DNA from: a virus
Lineage: Duplodnaviria; Caudoviricetes
Length of the DNA: 64,000 nt
Reading direction: 5' to 3' (one strand)
IMG/VR virus record: IMGVR_UViG_3300001528_000580
Location: 1-64,000 of that record
Part shown: positions 9,894-20,682 of the stretch, in pieces
How the letters are laid out: every line of letters begins with the position of its first letter
Numbering within the stretch: the stretch's first letter is position 1
Position numbers and translations under genes: made by a program
Notes under the pieces: model-generated
The model's database searches: none
What the model saw: the letters and a program-made list of their open reading frames with translations, nothing else
Told to the model about the DNA's origin: nothing

Positions 9894-10817
9894 TTATTTA
9901 ACAGGGGTTAAAAATAATTTTGATTCTTCTTTTCTTCTATTTACTAATCCTTCAACAACTTTACCTTTAGATTTTATAATATCTAAAAATTCTTTTGCTG
10001 CATTTTTATAATCACCAGCTTGAATAAATCCTATTAATTTAGGAGTATCTAAATCAACTCCTGTATTATAATATAATGACACCAAAGCAACTCTTTGATT
10101 TATATTTAATTTATTCCAATGATCAGCACCAATTTTTCTTTTTGTTCTAGTAATAACTTTTCTGATAAAATTTCCAGCTTCTTTAACAGCTTCTTGATTT
10201 GTTATATATCCTTTATTAACAACACTATTATTTGTTGTTCCATATCCTATTGTTGGTTTTCCTTTACAATTTTTGATAAAATCATCTAATGTATCTGGTT
10301 TTCCATCCCAATGTTTATTAGGTTTACCCATAGGAATTTCATCATCATAAACTAAATGAACATTTCTTGCTATTACTTTACCATCTTTATCATATACATT
10401 TCCTAAAACTTGTCCTTCATATTTTTTAACAAATAAAAATGCTTGTTTTAATACTTCATTATCAGAAACACTTTGTTTCATTCTTTGTTCCCAACCTGGT
10501 ACTTTAGGTTCAGGTGGTATATTTTTTGCTTCTCCTGCATGTATTAATGATATGCAAGCTAATAACATCATAACAATAACTTGATTTTTAATACTTGCTG
10601 TTTTCATTAAACTAGCATATTTTTTATTGTTATTTGATTTATATAATCTATCAACTAACATATCATATGAGTTTTGGTCAATTATATTGTTATTTAATAA
10701 TTTATCTAAAAGTCCATTAACAGATGATTTTATTTTTTCATAATCAACAAATTTATCAATATTTTGAGCTTTTTTCAATACTGATTCTAATTTTTTTATT
10801 GTTTCAATAACCTTCAT
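9894..10817 (-). CDS. GH24 phage lysozyme with N-terminal extension and internal hydrophobic segment
   Basis: YEG...D...PTIGYG, ALVSLYYNTG, GLVNRRKEE. Lies on the minus strand (CAT at 10815-10817, TTA at 9894), contrary to the ORF track label. Confidence 0.85.
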   Translation of the reverse strand: MKVIETIKKLESVLKKAQNIDKFVDYEKIKSSVNGLLDKLLNNNIIDQNSYDMLVDRLYKSNNNKKYASLMKTASIKNQVIVMMLLACISLIHAGEAKNIPPEPKVPGWEQRMKQSVSDNEVLKQAFLFVKKYEGQVLGNVYDKDGKVIARNVHLVYDDEIPMGKPNKHWDGKPDTLDDFIKNCKGKPTIGYGTTNNSVVNKGYITNQEAVKEAGNFIRKVITRTKRKIGADHWNKLNINQRVALVSLYYNTGVDLDTPKLIGFIQAGDYKNAAKEFLDIIKSKGKVVEGLVNRRKEESKLFLTPVK

Positions 10818-10907
10818 TATAATTAAACTCCTTATAATTTTTTTTATTTTTTATAATATAAAGATTATTAAATTTTCATTTAATTATTACTTTTTATCAT
10901 TTTTTTA

Positions 10908-10939
10908 TATTTACCAAATTATTCATAATTTGGTAAATA
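10908..10939. repeat. 14-bp perfect inverted repeat, TTCA core (H1)
   Basis: TATTTACCAAATTA-TTCA-TAATTTGGTAAATA directly before the RBS. Confidence 0.9.
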
Positions 10940-10954
10940 AGGATATTTTAAATT

Positions 10955-12616
10955 ATGATAAAAGTTATAAGTAATTCTTCTAATTTGAGTACATGGTATT
11001 TAGATCCTGGTCAAGCTCCAAATGAGGGTGATGGGAAAAGTATCAGTACACCATTTCAATGGTACAACCATATTGAACAAAATAATAATAATAAAGTTAT
11101 TAATCTACCAAGTAAAAGTTATATAGCTATGACTTTAGAGGCTGGAAAAACATATAATTTTTATAATTATAGTTATAATTATGATGGATATTTGCAACTA
11201 TTTGATAGTAATGGTAATGAATTAACTTCAAATGATGATAGTGGTGGTGGAGAAGGTGCTTCATATCCAGGTGGTTCATTTGATTATTCTATTTCAACAA
11301 CAGGTATATATATATGTGGAGTTGGATTAAATAGAGGTGATTTTAATAATAGTTCATATAAAGATGATTTAATTGTTAAATCAACAGTTGATAATTCTCC
11401 ACCAGTTGATAATAGAACTGATCCCGGATGGAAAAAGAAAACAGGACTAGTAGATGGAAGTGGCTGGAATATTAAAACCGGTAAATTATTTAAATATAGA
11501 AGTATTGAAAATGCTGGAATAAAATTCTCTGATATTCCAAAATATGTTGCTCCATTAGATTTAACAAGTGATAGTAGTTCTGATTGGGAAGTTTCTGCCA
11601 GTTCAATATATGATTCTCGTTTTAATGCTTATAATGCATTTGATGGATTATATAGTGAAAATAATGCTGGTTGGTTTAGTGGCTCTGGACAACCTGCTCC
11701 ACAATGGTTGCAATGGAAGAATTTAAAAGAGAAAGTTAATATAAAAACTTATCTATTACAATTTGGATATGATAGTACAAATAGATATTTTAAATCATGG
11801 GAATTACAAGGTTCTGATAATGGAACTGATTGGGTAAAATTAGATGAAGAAACTAATTTTACTACATCAAGTAAAGGTTATTTGTTAAAAAGAGAAATAA
11901 ATAATAGTAAAAGTTTTTATTATCATAGATTATATATTACAGATGTAACTAATGGATATATAGCTGTTGGTGAATTTAAATGTTGGAATGGTATATTTAA
12001 AGATATTTGGAAAGATATTATTTGTTATTATCCGTTAAAAAATGATGAAACAGATTTATTTAAGATAATTAAGAAAAATACATCATCAAATATAACCAAA
12101 ACAGATGATGGATATTTATTTAATGGTTCTGATAGTTATATTAATCTTGGTAGACAAATGTTTGAAAGTGTCAACGATCAAATCACAATTGCTGGTTGGA
12201 TTAAACCAAATAGTTTAACCAAAGATCAAAGATTAATATCAAAAACAGAAAGTGGAGATTGGCAAATAGGAATAAATGAATCTAATTTTAATAATTATGT
12301 TTGTGGATATTTAAGATTAAATGGAACATATTATAATCCCAAATTTAATGTTAATGATCTTAATTTAAATGAATGGAATCATTTAGCTTTAACATATGAT
12401 GGCAGTTCTATAAAATTATATCATAATGGTATAGTTAAAGATACAGTTAATGCTTCTGGAACAATTTCTCATGGCTCTGCTCCATGTATGATCGGTGCAG
12501 AACCTAATAATAGTGGATATGCAGGTTCTTCATTTGATGGATTAATAAAAAATGTAGGTGTTTGGGCAAGAGGATTAACAGAAGTTGAAATTAAAAAAAT
12601 AATTTCTTTAAAATAA
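10955..12616 (+). CDS. adhesin-like protein: anchor A + discoidin (F5/8C) + LamG
   Basis: AYNAFDG...W...WELQGSDNGTDW...YYHRLYI; then FNG...TIAGWIKP...WNHLALTYDG...LYHNG. Confidence 0.8.
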   Translation: MIKVISNSSNLSTWYLDPGQAPNEGDGKSISTPFQWYNHIEQNNNNKVINLPSKSYIAMTLEAGKTYNFYNYSYNYDGYLQLFDSNGNELTSNDDSGGGEGASYPGGSFDYSISTTGIYICGVGLNRGDFNNSSYKDDLIVKSTVDNSPPVDNRTDPGWKKKTGLVDGSGWNIKTGKLFKYRSIENAGIKFSDIPKYVAPLDLTSDSSSDWEVSASSIYDSRFNAYNAFDGLYSENNAGWFSGSGQPAPQWLQWKNLKEKVNIKTYLLQFGYDSTNRYFKSWELQGSDNGTDWVKLDEETNFTTSSKGYLLKREINNSKSFYYHRLYITDVTNGYIAVGEFKCWNGIFKDIWKDIICYYPLKNDETDLFKIIKKNTSSNITKTDDGYLFNGSDSYINLGRQMFESVNDQITIAGWIKPNSLTKDQRLISKTESGDWQIGINESNFNNYVCGYLRLNGTYYNPKFNVNDLNLNEWNHLALTYDGSSIKLYHNGIVKDTVNASGTISHGSAPCMIGAEPNNSGYAGSSFDGLIKNVGVWARGLTEVEIKKIISLK

Positions 12617-12659
12617 AATTAATAATAAATATATAATATCATAATTAAATATTTTTCTA

Positions 12660-12691
12660 TATTTTTCAAAATATGAATATTTTGAAAAATA
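12660..12691. repeat. 14-bp perfect inverted repeat, TGAA core (H2)
   Basis: TATTTTTCAAAATA-TGAA-TATTTTGAAAAATA. Confidence 0.9.
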
Positions 12692-12706
12692 AAGGTTTTT
12701 AAATAT

Positions 12707-13906
12707 ATGATTAAAGTTTTAAGCAGTTCTAATAAGACTAGTTCTTGGGTTCTTGATCCAGGTGTGCCAGAAGATGGAAATGGAACTAGTTTTGATAATC
12801 CTTTTGTATGGCAATTACATTCTTCAAACAATAATATGAATTTTGATTATATTGCTCCTAATGGTGGAGAATATAGATATGTATTGTTAAAATTAAATTC
12901 TGGTGTTACCTATAATGGTCAGATTGCTGCAAAAACTGGTCCGATAACTTATGTGTTATATTCACAATCAGATTCTAATACAGTAATTGGAACTTTTAGC
13001 TATTATGATTCTCAATCATTTTCTTTTAGTGTTAATCAAGATGGATTGTATATATTTAAATGTGGTTCAGAATTTTATATGCCAGGTGATACTGAAACAT
13101 TAACATTAAACCCTGCACCAGAAACAATATCAGGAGAACCATCATGGAAGAAAATTTCAATAGAAACATCAAAAGGATTGGATGAAATAGGATATTTAAA
13201 TAAATATCAAGACATCTATGACGCAAATATTATTTACTTTGGAATTTGGGATAATACAAGTAATACAAAATTTTATTTAAATTTTTCATAAGAAGATGTT
13301 TCAAAAGGAAATCAAACACCATATAGTATAAATCCATATTCAATAACATGGGATTCAGAAAATAATCCGGTATTTGATGGTTCTAGTTATTTGTCTATTC
13401 CTAATTTTGATAAGAATATTTTTGGTTCTGGTAGTGAATGGACTATTGATTTTTGGATGAAATTGTCAAGTTCATATAGTTCATGGAACAATATATTAGT
13501 TCAAACAAATAATTCAAATGGTGATAATTATTTAAATGAAAGTATAGGATTGGGTATAAATTCAGATCCATCATTATGTTTTTATTATGCTGCAATAAAT
13601 TGTGGATTAGGAAGTGATAGAACTAAAATATATCAAGATAATTTAATTCCAGAACAATGGTATCATATAGCAGTAGATAAATATAAATTAGAAGATAATT
13701 GGCATATTACATATTATGTTAATGGTGTTAATGTTACTGATATAATTTTAACGAAAGAAATTACGCCATATCAATCACATGATGTTTCATTTTCTGGTAT
13801 AAATGATGATAACGGTAGAAGATTTAGAGGTACAATATGTAAACCAAGAATTAGTAATATTGCACTTTTTAAAGGGAACAATTTTGATTTAAAATCTAGA
13901 GTTTAA
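12707..13906 (+). pseudogene. adhesin-like protein (anchor A + LamG) split by an in-frame TAA at 13289-13291
   Basis: ORFs 12707-13291 and 13391-13906 share a frame; FYLNFS*EDVSKGN...FDGSSYLSIP...WTIDFW reads as one LamG domain. Confidence 0.75.
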
Positions 13907-14463
13907 ATATCTTTATATCCGTTTAATTCACTTATTAACAAACCATCTGAACCGTGTTCAGTTACATATATTCTATGATAATAATATCCTCTATTATTTT
14001 CTGGTATAGTGAATGACTTTAATTCATTTTGTGACCAATTTGTAATATTTTCTTTTGAATCTATTGTTTCCCAATCAGAACCATTATTACTACCTTCTAT
14101 TTTCCATGTATAAGGAGAACTATAATTCATGCCATCATTTCTATTTCTTATTTCATATTTTTTAATTAAAACTTTTTGTTTTAAATTTTGCCATATCATA
14201 TAACAAGGAAATGAATTGCTTCCCCATCCATCTTGTTTGTTATTGCTGGTTCCATTGAATGCTCTCCATGCATAGCAAGTAGTACCATCATATGATTCAT
14301 TTGAGGCACTGACTATCCAATCAGGATCAGATGTGTATCCAGTTAAATTTTTTGGTGTTGATATATCAGGAAATTCAGAATAATTAATATTTAAATCGTT
14401 CATATTGTCATATCCATGTGAATATCCATATGATAATTCTTTTTCTTTGTATATTTTTATCAT
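13903..14463 (-). CDS. adhesin-like protein: anchor C + discoidin domain
   Basis: AWRAFNG, WKIEGSNNGSDW, YYYHRIY. Confidence 0.8.
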   Translation of the reverse strand: MIKIYKEKELSYGYSHGYDNMNDLNINYSEFPDISTPKNLTGYTSDPDWIVSASNESYDGTTCYAWRAFNGTSNNKQDGWGSNSFPCYMIWQNLKQKVLIKKYEIRNRNDGMNYSSPYTWKIEGSNNGSDWETIDSKENITNWSQNELKSFTIPENNRGYYYHRIYVTEHGSDGLLISELNGYKDI

Positions 14464-14580
14464 AATTGTTCCTTTTAATAAAACTTTTATCTATAAAAAA
14501 TTATTTAAAAATATGATCCATAATATTTTTCTATATTTTATATAAAATATAAAAGAATAAAATAAATGGAAAGTTTAAAT

Positions 14581-16056
14581 ATGATAAAAGTTATAAACAA
14601 TTCTGCAAATTTAAGCACATGGTATTTAGATCCTGGTGTTGCGAGTGGAGATGGTTCTACAAAAGAAGCTCCTATTGTTTGGAGTGAAAATTCTACTAAC
14701 AATGGAACACATTTAGTATATCCAATTAAAGAAAACAGTGGATATGAAAGTAATAGAGTTTATATATTAATGACATTAAAAGCTGGAACAGCATATTCTC
14801 TTTATATTAATGCAAATTATGGACCAATGTATGGTGAATTATTTAAACAAACTGATTTGAATACTGTTATTGGTAATTATGATTACAGCAGTTCTAATAC
14901 AATAAATGTTTCTGAGGATGGTAATTATATTTTAGGTGTTTATAATTCTTATTCTTATAATGTTGAAGATTATCTAACGTTAAGTCCTGCTCCAGAAACA
15001 ACAGTTGGTGAAGCTGGTTGGAAAAAGAAAGAAGGATTAGTTGATGGTTCTGGTTGGAATAAAATAACAGGTAAGGTTTTTGAATATCGTTCTTTAGAAA
15101 AAGCATCCATTAAATATAATAATTATGTTAATGGTTTATTATATTGGGATTCAAATAAAGCATCTTCAATATCAAGTTATGATGATGCTGTAAGTAAATT
15201 TGAAACTGGCGCTAATGGTCCAATATTTACGGGAAAATTTAATTTAGTTGATGGTGAAGGAAGTTTAATTTCAGGATATACAGATTATTTTATTGTAAAG
15301 ATGAAAGGGTATGTAAGAATAGAAAATCCTGGAACATATATATTTTATACAAATCAAGATGACCAAGTTGCAATGAGGGTTAAAGATATAACTGGTTATT
15401 ATAGTGGTTCAAGCGGATCTTATGGTTCTCGTGTTACGGTAGAATTAGAGAAAGGTTTTCATGAGTTTGAATTTTATTTTGCAGAAGGTAGTGGAAATCA
15501 ATATTATAATATAAAATGGCAACCACCAGATGCAACTACTTATGAAGATATTCCATATGGAGTATTTTGCTGTAAAGCTCAAGATGTTCCTTCTGAATAT
15601 TTTACAATTAGTAGTCCACAATATTTAACTTCAAATACATCTGATCCAAATTGGGAAATTAGTGCAAGCGGAGAAAAATATGGAGATACACAGGCTTGGT
15701 GTGCATTTGCACCAGGTAATAGTTGGAGAGGAGTAGGTGGTACTTGGGGATCTGGTGGGTTGCCATCATGGATTCAATGGAGAAATTTAAATAATAAAGT
15801 TCTTATTAAAAGATATAAAATACAAGGATGTGCTAATTATGGCAGTATAACTGCATGGACATTAGAAGGTTCAAATGATGGCAACAATTGGACAATAATT
15901 GATACACAAAATATTGGTTCTTTCCCATCAGGAAGTGAATTTAAAGAGTTTGATTGTTCAACAAATAATACATCATATTATTATCACAGATTAAATATAA
16001 CAGCATCAGAGGATAGTGATTGTCCAGTTGGTCAGATTATAACTTATTCAAAATAA
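14581..16056 (+). CDS. adhesin-like protein: anchor A + PA14 + discoidin
   Basis: PA14-like GYVRIENPGTYIFYTNQDD...WQPP; discoidin WTLEGSNDG...YYYHRL. Start MIKV at 14581 chosen by paralogy. Confidence 0.8.
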   Translation: MIKVINNSANLSTWYLDPGVASGDGSTKEAPIVWSENSTNNGTHLVYPIKENSGYESNRVYILMTLKAGTAYSLYINANYGPMYGELFKQTDLNTVIGNYDYSSSNTINVSEDGNYILGVYNSYSYNVEDYLTLSPAPETTVGEAGWKKKEGLVDGSGWNKITGKVFEYRSLEKASIKYNNYVNGLLYWDSNKASSISSYDDAVSKFETGANGPIFTGKFNLVDGEGSLISGYTDYFIVKMKGYVRIENPGTYIFYTNQDDQVAMRVKDITGYYSGSSGSYGSRVTVELEKGFHEFEFYFAEGSGNQYYNIKWQPPDATTYEDIPYGVFCCKAQDVPSEYFTISSPQYLTSNTSDPNWEISASGEKYGDTQAWCAFAPGNSWRGVGGTWGSGGLPSWIQWRNLNNKVLIKRYKIQGCANYGSITAWTLEGSNDGNNWTIIDTQNIGSFPSGSEFKEFDCSTNNTSYYYHRLNITASEDSDCPVGQIITYSK

Positions 16057-16066
16057 AGGTTTAAAA

Positions 16067-17203
16067 ATGATAAGAGTATTAAATAATTCAAGTGATTTGT
16101 CAACATGGTATTATAAACCAGCAGTTGTAGATGGAGATGGAACACAAAGTTCTCCCTTTAATTGGTTAGAACAAAGCACTGATGGCGGAACATCGATTAC
16201 TTGTAATCTTGTAAACTCAGGTGATCATAATTGGTATGTTTTTTCTTTAACTGGTGGAACTACTTATAATTTTACTTCATATAGTAGTTCATATCCTGTT
16301 AGTATTAGAATTTATTTACAGTCAGATCCAGATACAGTATTAGCTGATAGACAATATACAGGTAGTGGTTCTGAAAGTTTTTCATTTGTGCCCTCTACTA
16401 GTGATTTATATTTGTTTGAAATGTATAGTGATCCTAATGCTTGTTCAAGTTGTACAGGAACATCTCCAGCTACAATTAGCCCAATACCAAATGAAATTTC
16501 AGCAGAGGGTGGTTATGAAAAGAAGTTAATTGATATGTCTACTGGAATAGACGATGTTGGTTATTTATTTAATTATCAAGATTTAGTTGATAGTGATTTG
16601 TTACATAAAACTATTCCTACAGATGGATTAGTATTTTATGCATCTTTAAAAGAAGATTCAACTAAACCTGAAATTGGAAATAGTTGGACAAGCAAAAGTT
16701 CAAATATTACTTATCAAGAAGTTGATGGTATTCTTTGTGCTACTTTTAATACGGGATCATTAAGAACTAGTTGTTCACAAGATTTCGGAACAAACAAAGT
16801 TACATTATCATCATGGTTTAAAAAGATACAAAATTCTGGAACAACAGCGTGTTTCTTGGTATATGGTTCTGATTCTACATATAGAGTAGCTGGACTTCAA
16901 GAAGCATCTGGATATTTTGCATTGGAAAGGGGTTCAGGTCGTTGGACAACTTCTTTTGCAATGGATGAATCTTGGCATCATTATGCTTGTACAATTGATG
17001 ATACTGTTATAAAATTATATGTTGATGGTGTTAATGTATATGAAACTACACAATCCATGAATTTATCTTTAGATACATTGGCTATTGGTTCGTGGATCAG
17101 TGGAAGTTATAATGTTAAAGGTTATATAGCTGGTTGTAGAGTATATAATAGACCTTTATTAGATAAAGAAATTATTTCTTTATCTAAAGAATTTAAAATT
17201 TAA
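16067..17203 (+). CDS. adhesin-like protein: anchor A + LamG
   Basis: TLSSWFK, WHHYACT, LYVDGV, RVYNRPL. Confidence 0.8.
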   Translation: MIRVLNNSSDLSTWYYKPAVVDGDGTQSSPFNWLEQSTDGGTSITCNLVNSGDHNWYVFSLTGGTTYNFTSYSSSYPVSIRIYLQSDPDTVLADRQYTGSGSESFSFVPSTSDLYLFEMYSDPNACSSCTGTSPATISPIPNEISAEGGYEKKLIDMSTGIDDVGYLFNYQDLVDSDLLHKTIPTDGLVFYASLKEDSTKPEIGNSWTSKSSNITYQEVDGILCATFNTGSLRTSCSQDFGTNKVTLSSWFKKIQNSGTTACFLVYGSDSTYRVAGLQEASGYFALERGSGRWTTSFAMDESWHHYACTIDDTVIKLYVDGVNVYETTQSMNLSLDTLAIGSWISGSYNVKGYIAGCRVYNRPLLDKEIISLSKEFKI

Positions 17204-17212
17204 TAAACACTT

Positions 17213-17776
17213 TTAAATTTTGCTGTATGCAGTAATATTGCCGACACTCATATAACTACTTGGAGATAATGAATAAATTCTGTGATGAAAATATCCAGTT
17301 TCATTATCTTCTAAAGTAAATGTATTGGTGTTTCCGGTATTGTAACTTCCATTTAAAGTTTTTATATTAATCCAATCACTACCATCATCTGAACCTTGTA
17401 AAGCTACACTACTTAAACTGCTACTCCATGCACTATTATAATAACTTGCAGTAATTTCTATTTTTTTTACTAATACTTTTTGTATTTTATTTTGCCATGC
17501 AATCCAATGTGGTTGACTGCTTGCGGTGTGAAAATGTGTTCCATTAGAAGAAGCATATGGTTTGTTAAATGCTATCCACGGTTGTGTATCATCTGCATAT
17601 ACAGTGCTCGCATATACACGCCACTCATCAGTTTCATTACTTGTCATATTAACAGGAGTAGATATTTCAGGGAAAATATAATATTTTACTTTGGCGCTTT
17701 TAAAGTTATTTAACTTATATATTGTTCCATATTCTGAAACAAAATTTTTATCTGATGAAGCATATTTTCTTATCAT
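17213..17776 (-). CDS. adhesin-like protein: anchor B + discoidin
   Basis: PHWIAWQN, LQGSDDGSDW, YFHHRIY. Confidence 0.8.
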   Translation of the reverse strand: MIRKYASSDKNFVSEYGTIYKLNNFKSAKVKYYIFPEISTPVNMTSNETDEWRVYASTVYADDTQPWIAFNKPYASSNGTHFHTASSQPHWIAWQNKIQKVLVKKIEITASYYNSAWSSSLSSVALQGSDDGSDWINIKTLNGSYNTGNTNTFTLEDNETGYFHHRIYSLSPSSYMSVGNITAYSKI

Positions 17777-17854
17777 AAAAACATTTCCTTCTTTTTATAG
17801 ATAAAAAATATAAAAATATCAATAATAAAAATCAAAAGATTTATGATTTTCACC

Positions 17855-17882
17855 TTGATTTTTTATATTTTTATGATATATT
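17855..17882 (+). promoter_or_regulatory. promoter TTGATT-N16-TATATT
   Basis: consensus match upstream of the radical SAM operon. Confidence 0.65.
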
Positions 17883-17916
17883 GTAATACAAAGAAAATAA
17901 AATAAGGGATTTTATT

Positions 17917-18588
17917 ATGGCAACTCGTTTATATATGAATCTTACAAATAATTGTAATGCTAATTGTGAGTTTTGTTGTATGTATTCATCTGCTTGTAAA
18001 AAAACGTTTCTTTCTTTTGAGCGGTTTAAATCAAATATTGATTGTGTTATTGATGATATTGAGCTTCAATTAGAAGGTGGCGAACCTCTTTTGCATAGAG
18101 ATTTCTATCTTTTTCTTGAATATGCAAGACATGTTGAAAAAATTAAAAAAATTATTATTCTTACCAATGGTATTGAATTGAAAAACAATTTATCTCGTAT
18201 TGTTGATTTTCATAAATATTCAAAAATTCCAATTACCATTAAAGTTAGTATTAATTATTGGTTACTTAATATGAATAAAGATCATATTAATTGGTGTCAA
18301 AATTATTATTATGCTACAGAATTTATTCCTGATTTTAATATAATGTTTAATGTTAGATTGAGAAAAAATGAAGATAATAATATTATTAATTCATTAAAGG
18401 AAAAAAATCTTTTTGATCATAGCAATGTATTTTATTTGCAAAGTTATGGAAGATGGACAGATAAAAAAGATTATGAAAAACCAGTTATTGTTCAAAATAT
18501 TGATAATTGGTATGTGTTTGCAAGTGATGGAACTTGTTTTTTTAGGGATTTGATTGCCAGAAGTGAATATGAAAAAACATTGGATTAA
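17917..18588 (+). CDS. radical SAM protein
   Basis: CNANCEFC, GGEP, TNG. Confidence 0.9.
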   Translation: MATRLYMNLTNNCNANCEFCCMYSSACKKTFLSFERFKSNIDCVIDDIELQLEGGEPLLHRDFYLFLEYARHVEKIKKIIILTNGIELKNNLSRIVDFHKYSKIPITIKVSINYWLLNMNKDHINWCQNYYYATEFIPDFNIMFNVRLRKNEDNNIINSLKEKNLFDHSNVFYLQSYGRWTDKKDYEKPVIVQNIDNWYVFASDGTCFFRDLIARSEYEKTLD

Positions 18589-18591
18589 AAT

Positions 18592-19548
18592 ATGAACACA
18601 ATAAAATATTCTCATATTTATGATGTAAAAACAGAAACTCATGATGTTGAGTTTTATAAACATTTTATTTTAGAAATAAATGGTAACGATTATGAAGTTG
18701 ATAATCATGCTTCTTTGATGATTTATCCGACAATTAATTGTAATGGAAAATGTCAGTTTTGCATTAATAAATATGATAATAATTTTAAAAAAATGATTGA
18801 TTGTAATATAAACTATTATTTTAAAAAATTAAATAAGATATTTCAAATTTTTAAAGCTGTGAAACCTGCTATAACTATATGTGGTGGTGAACCAACAATT
18901 TCTGATTATACTATTGAAATTATGGAGTTAGTTAATAAATTTGGATTTCCTGTTAGAACTTTTCCTACAAATGGAACTGGTTTATTGAATAATGATAGTG
19001 GTAAGCCATTTATTCAATATATGTATGAATATGGATTTAATAAAAATATTAATTTGAGTATTCAACATTTTGATAAAGAAAAAAATAAACAAATTATGGG
19101 ATTTTGTTTAGATGATAATGCAATCAGAAGAATAGGTTTTTTTAGTAAAGTAAATAGGCTTGAATTGAGAACTAGTTGTAATTTGTTAAAAAATGGTATA
19201 AAAAATTTATATGATATAGAAAATTATCTTAAATATTTTAGTGAATTTAATATAACTTCTGCTATTTTCAGAGAATTGATTAAAGTTGATAATAAATATT
19301 GTGAAAATAATTTTGTTGATATTGAAACAATAGTAGAAGAAATAGAAAGAAATAAAAATTATTCTTTTATAAGAAAAATGAATGGAGCTTATTATGATGT
19401 TTTTGTTTATAGATTTAATGACTATCTTGTAAAAATTTATAAGGAAAAATTTAAACAAGATGTAAATTATATAAGGGATTTTATTTTTGGAAGTGATGGT
19501 CATTTATATGTTAGTAATGTAAATAAAGATAACAAGTTAATATATTAA
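18592..19548 (+). CDS. radical SAM protein
   Basis: CNGKCQFC, GGEPT, TNG. Confidence 0.9.
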   Translation: MNTIKYSHIYDVKTETHDVEFYKHFILEINGNDYEVDNHASLMIYPTINCNGKCQFCINKYDNNFKKMIDCNINYYFKKLNKIFQIFKAVKPAITICGGEPTISDYTIEIMELVNKFGFPVRTFPTNGTGLLNNDSGKPFIQYMYEYGFNKNINLSIQHFDKEKNKQIMGFCLDDNAIRRIGFFSKVNRLELRTSCNLLKNGIKNLYDIENYLKYFSEFNITSAIFRELIKVDNKYCENNFVDIETIVEEIERNKNYSFIRKMNGAYYDVFVYRFNDYLVKIYKEKFKQDVNYIRDFIFGSDGHLYVSNVNKDNKLIY

Positions 19549-19564
19549 ATTTGGAGAAATAAAG

Positions 19565-20602
19565 ATGTCATTGAATCGGGAATATCGCTATAAAAGACAA
19601 AAATGTTATAATATTAATAGACATGAATTAGTTCAAGATTTTCATTTTGCAAATGGCTCTAAGATTGTATATGGTAATGTTAATTTCACTATTTTTATTG
19701 ATGATTATTGTAATGCAAATTGCAAATTTTGTGTTGCACAACTTCGTTTTGAAAATAGAAACCAATTATACAAGAAAGCTAAAATTGAAAACGATGAAGA
19801 ATATTATAATAGATTAACAGAAATTTTGAAAGTTGTTCGCCCACTTAATCCAAGTTTATCTATTACTGGTGGAGAACCGACATGTTCTAAGCGTTTGGTT
19901 AAAACATTACAGATTGTTAATAGTTTTAATTTTAGAAAAAAAGTTATGACTACCAACGGCTCTCGATTGCTTGAAGTAGTAGATGGAAAAACAATTTTAG
20001 ACCATTTAATTGAAAACAGTTGGAATCATATCAATATTTCTATTGCTCATTATGATGAAAAAATCAATGAAGATATTATGGATTATGGATGCGAAGGCAA
20101 AGCACCAACAAAAGAAGAATTGAAATATATTATTAAACATTCTTTAAACAATGGGATTCGCCCTAGAATTAGTTGTCTGCTTCTTAAATCAGGAATCAGA
20201 AATGTTGATGAAATAAAAAAATATCTTGATTATTGTATTGAACTTGGAGTTGATAATGTTATTTTTCGTGAGCTTATGGATTTTGATCTTAGCAAAATGA
20301 TAAACGAAGAAAAAAAGCAATATTGTTTCAAAAATAAAATTAGACTTGCGGATGTTTGGGAGCAACTTGATAAAGATAAAGAATTTAATCTTTATCAAAA
20401 TATTCTCGGATATTATTATTATGTCGAAATTTATAAATATAAAGGAATTGATGTTGTTTCTGAATCAGCAGATCTTAAACAATTATATAAAGAAAAGGAA
20501 AATCATAAAAATTATGTATATGAAATGATTTTTCATCCAAATGGAAATTTGAATGGAAGTTGGGTAGATAATGAAGAAATACTTGATGATTATAAAAAAT
20601 AA
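19565..20602 (+). CDS. radical SAM protein
   Basis: CNANCKFC, TGGEPT, TTNG. Confidence 0.9.
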   Translation: MSLNREYRYKRQKCYNINRHELVQDFHFANGSKIVYGNVNFTIFIDDYCNANCKFCVAQLRFENRNQLYKKAKIENDEEYYNRLTEILKVVRPLNPSLSITGGEPTCSKRLVKTLQIVNSFNFRKKVMTTNGSRLLEVVDGKTILDHLIENSWNHINISIAHYDEKINEDIMDYGCEGKAPTKEELKYIIKHSLNNGIRPRISCLLLKSGIRNVDEIKKYLDYCIELGVDNVIFRELMDFDLSKMINEEKKQYCFKNKIRLADVWEQLDKDKEFNLYQNILGYYYYVEIYKYKGIDVVSESADLKQLYKEKENHKNYVYEMIFHPNGNLNGSWVDNEEILDDYKK

Positions 20603-20613
20603 TCATTTTTCAT

Positions 20614-20641
20614 TTGATTTTTTGTATTTGCAAGTTATATT
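20614..20641 (+). promoter_or_regulatory. promoter TTGATT-N16-TATATT
   Basis: consensus match. Confidence 0.6.
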
Positions 20642-20682
20642 ATATATGGAACAAAGAACAATATAAAATAAGGAATTTTATT

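Noticed and set aside
9894-10817. ORF track strand label '+' for the lysozyme
   Set aside because: The + strand begins TTATTTAACAGG and ends ACCTTCAT. The listed protein is the reverse complement, so the gene is on the minus strand.
14485-17808. TTTTAT(CT/AG)ATAAAA short palindromes before the two minus-strand discoidin genes
   Set aside because: The flipped core is suggestive, but they are too short and AT-only to separate from chance.
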